Source of the DNA: a bacterium
GTDB taxonomy: Bacteria > Zhuqueibacterota > Zhuqueibacteria > Residuimicrobiales > Krinioviventaceae
Assembly: GCA_963693055.1 (NCBI GenBank)
Contig: OY843751.1
Coordinates: 160,001-224,000 of the forward strand
Direction of reading: 5' to 3'
Length of the DNA stretch: 64,000 nt
In this document: in pieces, positions 57,839-64,000 of the stretch
Position numbering within the stretch: the stretch's first letter is position 1
Layout: every line of letters begins with the position of its first letter
Made by a program: the position numbers and the translations under genes
Notes under the pieces: generated by a model
The model's input: the letters and a program-made list of their open reading frames with translations, nothing else
Told to the model about the DNA's origin: nothing
Databases searched by the model: none

Positions 57839-60646
57839 ATGAAAAAATTAACTGTACTTTTTTTAGCCATGTTTACAGTGGCTGCTTGGGCAATTGCTCC
57901 ACCTAAAAAAGGTGTTCAGATTCCTGCAGATATGTTGAGTAATATCAAGAGCAACCCATCATATTATATGCCATCCAAAGGCTTTGTTCCACAAGTTGAA
58001 AGATTTAAAAAACAAAAAGAACTGGCAAAAACGCAACGGACGGACGATTACACTGCTCCATTTTTGCATGCCAGTATTCCGGTTTTATGTGGTCAATATT
58101 CTGACGCAACGCTCGAATGGGATGCTGCTGACATGCAGAACCAGTTGTTTGGCGAGTGGGATACCGGTTCAATGCGAGACTATTATAACGAGATTTCTTA
58201 TGGTCAGTTTGATCTGACCGGACAGGTTTATGGTTGGTACCAGGTTAGCGGGACCTTTAGTTATTATGAAAGAGATAATAATCACACTGGCGAGTTTTTG
58301 CTCGAATTGTTCCAGGCGTCTGATGATTCCGTTGATTATGGCCAGTTTGACAATGATGGTCCGGATGGCATTCCCAATTCAGGTGATGATGATGGCTATG
58401 TAGATACCATTGCTATCATCCATTCCGGAGCTGGTGGAGAAGCCGGCGGCCCGGGAATCTGGTCACACTCCTGGTCTTATCAATACTATGGAAATGGTCC
58501 CTTTGTGACTAACGATGCTTCTGCAAATGGCGGCTCTATTCGCATTAATGATTATATCATTCAACCCGCGGTTTCGAGCGGTAATATGATAGAGATTGGT
58601 GTTTTTTGCCACGAGTTTGGTCACGCATTGGGATTGCCTGACTTGTATGACCGCGATGAAGAACCCGCGGAAACCTCTGAAGGTGTTGGTAACTGGTGTT
58701 TAATGGCTGGTGGATCATATGGTGGCGATGGGAGTTCTTCTTACTCTCCCGCACATATGTGTGCCTGGTGTAAAGAGGTGATGGGTTGGATTGAACCCAT
58801 CATGATTGAAGAAAATGAGTATAATAAATTGATCCCTGCGGTTGAAGATACCGATGTTGTATATAAACTCTGGACCAAAGGTGAGGTTGAGCCTTATGTC
58901 TATTCTTCTGCTCAGGGTGGCGGGGGAAATATTGGTAAAGAATACTTTTTAATTGAAAATCGCCAGCAAAAAGGTTTTGATGGTACATTAGAAGGTTCTG
59001 GTATTCTGGTTTGGCATGTAGATAATACTGTATTCGGCCAAAATGATGATGAATTTCACAAGCTGGTTGATCTTGAATCTGCTGATGGTTTATTTGATTT
59101 GGATTATGGCAGAAACCGGGGTGATGCCGGTGATATTTATCCCGGAACATCTAACAACCGTACATTTAACCGTACAAGTGATCCGAACAGTCTGGATTAT
59201 GATGAAGCCATTACCAAAGTAGCTGTTTCGAATATTAGCGATCCCGGTGATTCAATGTATGCTGACCTGGAAGTTAACGCCCGGGATATTGCTTACATTA
59301 CCTATACTTTGGATGATGCCACCGGTGACGGAAACGGATTTCTTGATCCGGGTGAAACCGGTTCTTTGACTTTTAAACTTGAAAACTATGGTGAAACTGC
59401 AAATAATGTAACCATTGTTTTGAGTACAGATGATCCTGATATTACTATATCTGATTCAACTGCAATATATCCGTTGATTCTGGAAGATGATGCCATTGAA
59501 AGCACAAATGACATGATGACAATATCTGCATCTGAGGATGCAAGAGTTCATCCTGTGAAATGTAGATTGAGTCTGACAGCTGACAATGGATATACAAATC
59601 AGTTCGACATTGTGATCATGATGGAGAATATTTATATATTGCTGGTTGATGATTCAAGAGGTGAAATGGATGAAAATTTAGTTCGTATTAATGAATATTA
59701 TAAAAATGCGCTTGATGCACTTGATATCAACTATTATGATACCTGGCAGGTATATACCTCCGGTGTGCCTGGCCAAGAGGTGCTGGCAGAGTATGGCACT
59801 GTTATCTGGCTTACCGGTAGTCAGGCAAATACGTTAAATGCCGAAGAGCAACAGGCACTGGCCTCTTTTATGGATATTGGTGGCGATGTTTTTCTGGTCA
59901 GTCAAAATGCCGGTTTTGATTTGGTGGAAGCCGGAACAGAAGACTCTAAAACTTTTTATGAAACATATTTGCATGCCAATTATGTTCAGGATGTTGCAAC
60001 TGATGCACCTCAAAAATTGATGCGAGGTGTGAGTGATGAATTTATTTCACAGGATTTTACACCCTACTTTTTTGCATCGGAAGGAGATGGTGCAAATAAT
60101 AATACTTCTCCGGATATCATTGCACCCATTGATCCGGCAAGTAATGTTTTTGAATATTTTGGTACCGGTCTAATGGGCAAGTCTGCCGGTATTAAATATG
60201 AAGGTGATTACAAGCTGGTTTATTTGTCATTCAGTTTTGAGGCGATAAACGAGTTTGGTACAGATAATGTTACCCGTAAAGAAGTCATGGGAAATGTTAT
60301 CGACTGGCTGCAGGGAGCTGTAAGTAACGTACCGGTCAGTGTTGCGGATAATGATGCAAAAATAGTTTCCAATTACAAATTAATGCAGAATTACCCCAAC
60401 CCGTTCAACCCGGAAACGACTATTACTTTTGAATTGGCTAAACCTGGCAAAGCGACTATCAAGATTTATAATATTCTGGGTCATGAGGTTGCTACATTAA
60501 CCGATACAGAATTGCAGGCAGGCCAACACCAAACAATATGGGATGGTCGTGACCAATATGGCAATAATGCAGCATCCGGTGTATACTTTTACAAGTTGCA
60601 ATCGGGTTCATTTAATGAATTGAGAAAAATGATACTAGTTCGATAA
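57839..60646 (+). CDS. M6 (immune inhibitor A) family metalloprotease with T9SS-A/FlgD-like CTD (paralogue)
   Basis: GSMRDYYNEISYG, GVFCHEFGHALGLPDLYD, WCLMAGGSY, EYFLIENRQ; CTD QNYPNPFNPET...RKMILVR. Confidence 0.93.
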   Translation: MKKLTVLFLAMFTVAAWAIAPPKKGVQIPADMLSNIKSNPSYYMPSKGFVPQVERFKKQKELAKTQRTDDYTAPFLHASIPVLCGQYSDATLEWDAADMQNQLFGEWDTGSMRDYYNEISYGQFDLTGQVYGWYQVSGTFSYYERDNNHTGEFLLELFQASDDSVDYGQFDNDGPDGIPNSGDDDGYVDTIAIIHSGAGGEAGGPGIWSHSWSYQYYGNGPFVTNDASANGGSIRINDYIIQPAVSSGNMIEIGVFCHEFGHALGLPDLYDRDEEPAETSEGVGNWCLMAGGSYGGDGSSSYSPAHMCAWCKEVMGWIEPIMIEENEYNKLIPAVEDTDVVYKLWTKGEVEPYVYSSAQGGGGNIGKEYFLIENRQQKGFDGTLEGSGILVWHVDNTVFGQNDDEFHKLVDLESADGLFDLDYGRNRGDAGDIYPGTSNNRTFNRTSDPNSLDYDEAITKVAVSNISDPGDSMYADLEVNARDIAYITYTLDDATGDGNGFLDPGETGSLTFKLENYGETANNVTIVLSTDDPDITISDSTAIYPLILEDDAIESTNDMMTISASEDARVHPVKCRLSLTADNGYTNQFDIVIMMENIYILLVDDSRGEMDENLVRINEYYKNALDALDINYYDTWQVYTSGVPGQEVLAEYGTVIWLTGSQANTLNAEEQQALASFMDIGGDVFLVSQNAGFDLVEAGTEDSKTFYETYLHANYVQDVATDAPQKLMRGVSDEFISQDFTPYFFASEGDGANNNTSPDIIAPIDPASNVFEYFGTGLMGKSAGIKYEGDYKLVYLSFSFEAINEFGTDNVTRKEVMGNVIDWLQGAVSNVPVSVADNDAKIVSNYKLMQNYPNPFNPETTITFELAKPGKATIKIYNILGHEVATLTDTELQAGQHQTIWDGRDQYGNNAASGVYFYKLQSGSFNELRKMILVR

Positions 60647-60651
60647 GGCGT

Positions 60652-63600
60652 ATGAAAAATTTAATTCTGGTTTTATTTTTGACGGTAACACCGTTGCTGG
60701 TTTGGGCTGCAAACAGTGCTGGTTTGACTAGCTCACAAGAGCAGCCCCTCTATGCACCTGGTAAAATTGTAGTGAAATTCAAAAGCGGGAGCAGTGAGTT
60801 TAATTATGATCCTGCGAAATCTGTCAGGAGTAAAACTGAATTTGCTTCAATAAACGCAAAATTGTATAAATGGGATGTTCAGCAGGCAGATAAAACCTTT
60901 GCGAAGGCTAAACGTCCCTTTGATACATCAAAAACTGATTTGTCCTGTGTTTACGAGTTGTCATTTGCTGCTGATGTTGATGTTGCGGCGATTGCGGCAG
61001 ATATTGCAGCATGTGAGAATGTAGAGTATGCAGAGCCTGTGTATTTGTACAAACAGTTTGAAATCCCCTATGATCCCAATTTTGGTTACCAAAATTATTT
61101 ACAAACAGTAATGCTTGATAAAGCCTGGGATGTAGGCAAAGGTTCCAAAGATATAATTGTTGCTGTTATAGATGACGGTGTAGACTGGCACCATGAAGAC
61201 CTGGCTGAGAATATCTGGAATAATTTGGGCGAAGATGTTAATGGTGATGGCCAGATTACAGATGCAGATGTGAACAATTTTGATGATGATGGTAACGGCT
61301 ATATAGATGATTTCAGGGGATGGGATTTTATCCATGTGCCCGATGACTGGTCAACTTATTTGCAGCCCTTGGACGATTCGGATGGCAAGATACCAGATAA
61401 TGATCCTTATGGGATGGGCGGTCACGGAACACATGTTGCAGGTATCGCGGGAGCTGTCAGTGATAACGGGATAGGTATCGCCGGGGCAAGTTGGGGCTGC
61501 TCCATTATGCCATTGAAATGTGGTTGGGTAGCACAGGGATATTTGGAATCCTTTATTTACGAAGGTTATAAAGCTATTTTTTACGCCGTAGACAATGGCG
61601 CAAATATAATTAACATGAGTTGGGGCGGTGAAGGTTATAGCAAGTTACACCAGGACCTGGTGAATTATGCCTGGGAACATGGTGTTTTTGTCATTGCTTC
61701 CGCGGGGAACTATGCATCAGATACCCCGATTTACCCCGGTGCTTATAACCATGTGTTTAATGTTGCAGGGACAGGCAATGATAACGATCAGGTTTATTCT
61801 TTTACAAACTATGGTGACTGGATTGATATTAGTGCACCAGGTGTAACTATTTACAGTACCTTGAATGACAATAACTATGGTTACAAATCCGGAACTTCCA
61901 TGGCGGCACCTCTTGTTGCCGGTATAGCAGGTTTACTATGGTCACAGTATCCGGATTGGAGTCTTGACCAAATAACGGACCAACTGATCGCAACAGCAGA
62001 CAATATAGATGATGTGAACCCGGATTATAGGGGCTTGTTGGGTGCCGGACGAGTGAATGCTTTTCGTGCGTTAACGGAATCGCCTTCTTTGATAAAAATT
62101 GAATCTTTAACCATTGATGATTCAAAAGGGAATGCAAATGGTGTGTTTGATGCCGGGGAAACAGTAGAATTGTTTGTGGCCCTGAAAAGTATTTATAAAG
62201 ATGTTGAGAATGTTCTGGTTAGCATCACCACGCAGGATATTTATGTTTCTATTGATGTTTCAGATATAAACTTTGGCAATCTCGACAGAAACGTATCTGT
62301 ATCCAATTTGATGACCCCATTTGTTTTGACAGCCTCACAGGATACTCCGGAGGATTATCCTGTTTTATTAGAGGTGCAGATTTTAGGCAATGATGGAGCA
62401 TATGTAAGAACAGAGAGCCGAAAAATTACAATTAATCCTCTGTATAAAACGCATAATATAAATAATATCAAATTTTCAATTTCAGGTTTTGGTATTTACG
62501 GTTACTATGATGGTACCAATACACATACGCAGCAGGGTGAAGGATTCCAATATCCCAAGGGAAGCATGAATGCATTGCGATCGGGTTCCTTTTGGGCGGG
62601 TACGAGTTCTGAAAATGTTGCCGACTGTTCCAGTTCAGGCAGTTCTTATGACTGGATTACTGTTGATGGCGGTGAATTAGAGTTTAATGAAACCAACTTT
62701 TCTGATCAGGATGGAAATGCGCTTTTTAATGATTCAGGTAATAGTTCTTCAATGGGGTTGATAGTATTACAACAAAGTTTTGCCTGGAATGATCCTGCTG
62801 ATGAAGATTATATTATTTTAGAATATACCCTTGTCAATACCAGTGATGAAGAGTTGTCTGACCTTTATGCGGGTCTCTATATGGATTGGGATATTATGAC
62901 AAAAGCCGGAAATTTTAATTCCGTGAATTACGACTATGAATCCGGCTTTGGATATATGACTGCTGAAGGTGCAAATAATTACGGAACTTGTGTTTTGTAT
63001 CCTGAAACCGCAGGATTCAGAGCAATTGATCTTGGTCAAGACCAATATACTGTGCTGCAAGATGAAAAGAAATATCAATATTTATCACAGGGCTTTAGTA
63101 TCGTATCAAGTAATGAAGCACATGATTGGGCAAATGTGATTTCTGCCGGGCCGTTTACATTGGCTCCGGGAAAAGTTCAAAAAGTGGCTTTTGCGGTATT
63201 GGGAGGTAATGATTTAAGTGATATAAAAGCAAATGTTGCCGCTGCCAGGCAAAAGCATTTCTCTGGCTGGTTAAATGATATAATGATTGATTTTTCACCC
63301 TTGCCTGATACCGAGAATATTGATAATCCCTATCCTGTTCAGGCAGACATCTCTAGTGTTACGGAAAATATTACTGCTGCAGCGTTGTATTGGAGAGTTG
63401 AAGGAGAAACACAATTTGAAACGCTGCCCATGGAGTTGAAAATCGGAAAAACATGGTATGCAGAAATTCCTGCTCAAAACGATAAAGAAATCGAATATTT
63501 TTTCAGTATTAACAATGATAATGAACAATCGGCTTTTTCACCTGCAACAGCTCCGGCACTACCCTATCACTTTTATGCTGGAGCGGATACCATACGGCCA

Positions 63601-64000
63601 GTTATTAATGAAATGACACAGTTGGAAAATACCCTGTTTAAAGGACCTTTTGTTATAGAGTCAAATATATCTGATAATTTTGGTGTTGATACTACCAATG
63701 TTCAATTGATTTACTACCTGAATGATGAGGGTCCGTTTACTAAAAAAATGAATAAAGCGGCAAATGATATTTTTTCTGCTGAATTAGCTTTTGACAGGGC
63801 TTTGGAAATTGGAGATCGGATCAGTTATTATATCTCTGCTTTTGATATATCAAATGCTGCCAATAATGCATTGAGCGATATCATTACTTTTGATATTGTT
63901 GATTTTTTACTGGTAGATGACTTTGAAGATGATCGGGATATATGGGATTATGATAATGGATATGTTTGGGATTATAGTTATACTGCGTATGAAGGCTATT
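60652..64000 (+). CDS. S8 (subtilisin-like) serine protease, multidomain, 3'-truncated by window edge (absent from the ORF track)
   Basis: Hand translation from ATG 60652: signal peptide MKNLILVLFLTVTPLLVWA; in-frame triad motifs VAVIDDGVD (~61171), GHGTHVAG (~61423), GTSMAAPLVAG (~61891); also DDDGNGYIDD, NMSWGG, SAGN. Confidence 0.92.
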   Translation, partial: MKNLILVLFLTVTPLLVWAANSAGLTSSQEQPLYAPGKIVVKFKSGSSEFNYDPAKSVRSKTEFASINAKLYKWDVQQADKTFAKAKRPFDTSKTDLSCVYELSFAADVDVAAIAADIAACENVEYAEPVYLYKQFEIPYDPNFGYQNYLQTVMLDKAWDVGKGSKDIIVAVIDDGVDWHHEDLAENIWNNLGEDVNGDGQITDADVNNFDDDGNGYIDDFRGWDFIHVPDDWSTYLQPLDDSDGKIPDNDPYGMGGHGTHVAGIAGAVSDNGIGIAGASWGCSIMPLKCGWVAQGYLESFIYEGYKAIFYAVDNGANIINMSWGGEGYSKLHQDLVNYAWEHGVFVIASAGNYASDTPIYPGAYNHVFNVAGTGNDNDQVYSFTNYGDWIDISAPGVTIYSTLNDNNYGYKSGTSMAAPLVAGIAGLLWSQYPDWSLDQITDQLIATADNIDDVNPDYRGLLGAGRVNAFRALTESPSLIKIESLTIDDSKGNANGVFDAGETVELFVALKSIYKDVENVLVSITTQDIYVSIDVSDINFGNLDRNVSVSNLMTPFVLTASQDTPEDYPVLLEVQILGNDGAYVRTESRKITINPLYKTHNINNIKFSISGFGIYGYYDGTNTHTQQGEGFQYPKGSMNALRSGSFWAGTSSENVADCSSSGSSYDWITVDGGELEFNETNFSDQDGNALFNDSGNSSSMGLIVLQQSFAWNDPADEDYIILEYTLVNTSDEELSDLYAGLYMDWDIMTKAGNFNSVNYDYESGFGYMTAEGANNYGTCVLYPETAGFRAIDLGQDQYTVLQDEKKYQYLSQGFSIVSSNEAHDWANVISAGPFTLAPGKVQKVAFAVLGGNDLSDIKANVAAARQKHFSGWLNDIMIDFSPLPDTENIDNPYPVQADISSVTENITAAALYWRVEGETQFETLPMELKIGKTWYAEIPAQNDKEIEYFFSINNDNEQSAFSPATAPALPYHFYAGADTIRPVINEMTQLENTLFKGPFVIESNISDNFGVDTTNVQLIYYLNDEGPFTKKMNKAANDIFSAELAFDRALEIGDRISYYISAFDISNAANNALSDIITFDIVDFLLVDDFEDDRDIWDYDNGYVWDYSYTAYEGY

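Overview
64 kb bacterial chromosome fragment. It most likely comes from a non-Bacteroidota FCB-group organism such as KSB1 or Calditrichota. This is an inference from NYPNPFNP-type T9SS-A/FlgD-like C-terminal domains (CTDs) and a PorV-like barrel occurring together with GGAGG Shine-Dalgarno sites and TTGACA-N17-TAnnnT promoters. The left half (1-29.7 kb) is mostly housekeeping: an RND efflux operon, lepA-ABC-lepB-lepB-hemW, bshA-SDR-bcp-larA, two HemG-like flavodoxins, and tRNA-Leu-tig-clpP-clpX-engB. It also holds an AT-rich lone gene fusing a Zn-deaminase to a RecG-C/HATPase_c_4 domain and a wHTH, a candidate anti-phage effector. The right half (30-64 kb) is a cell-surface/secretome region. 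A ~19 kb co-oriented cluster encodes a TonB-dependent receptor with about 11 Ca-binding DxNxDG-type loop repeats, a variant-CTD protein, a PorV-like barrel, a TPR lipoprotein and three large CTD proteins, one an apparently dead zinc protease with an inserted beta-propeller. A second TonB receptor is followed by three paralogous lipoproteins (one pseudogenised). Divergent from it lie two M6 metalloproteases and a subtilase that runs off the window. The best novel-system candidates are the SusD-less TBDR/PorV/CTD surface module and the deaminase-ATPase-wHTH gene. All domain calls come from motif reading only; no database search was run.
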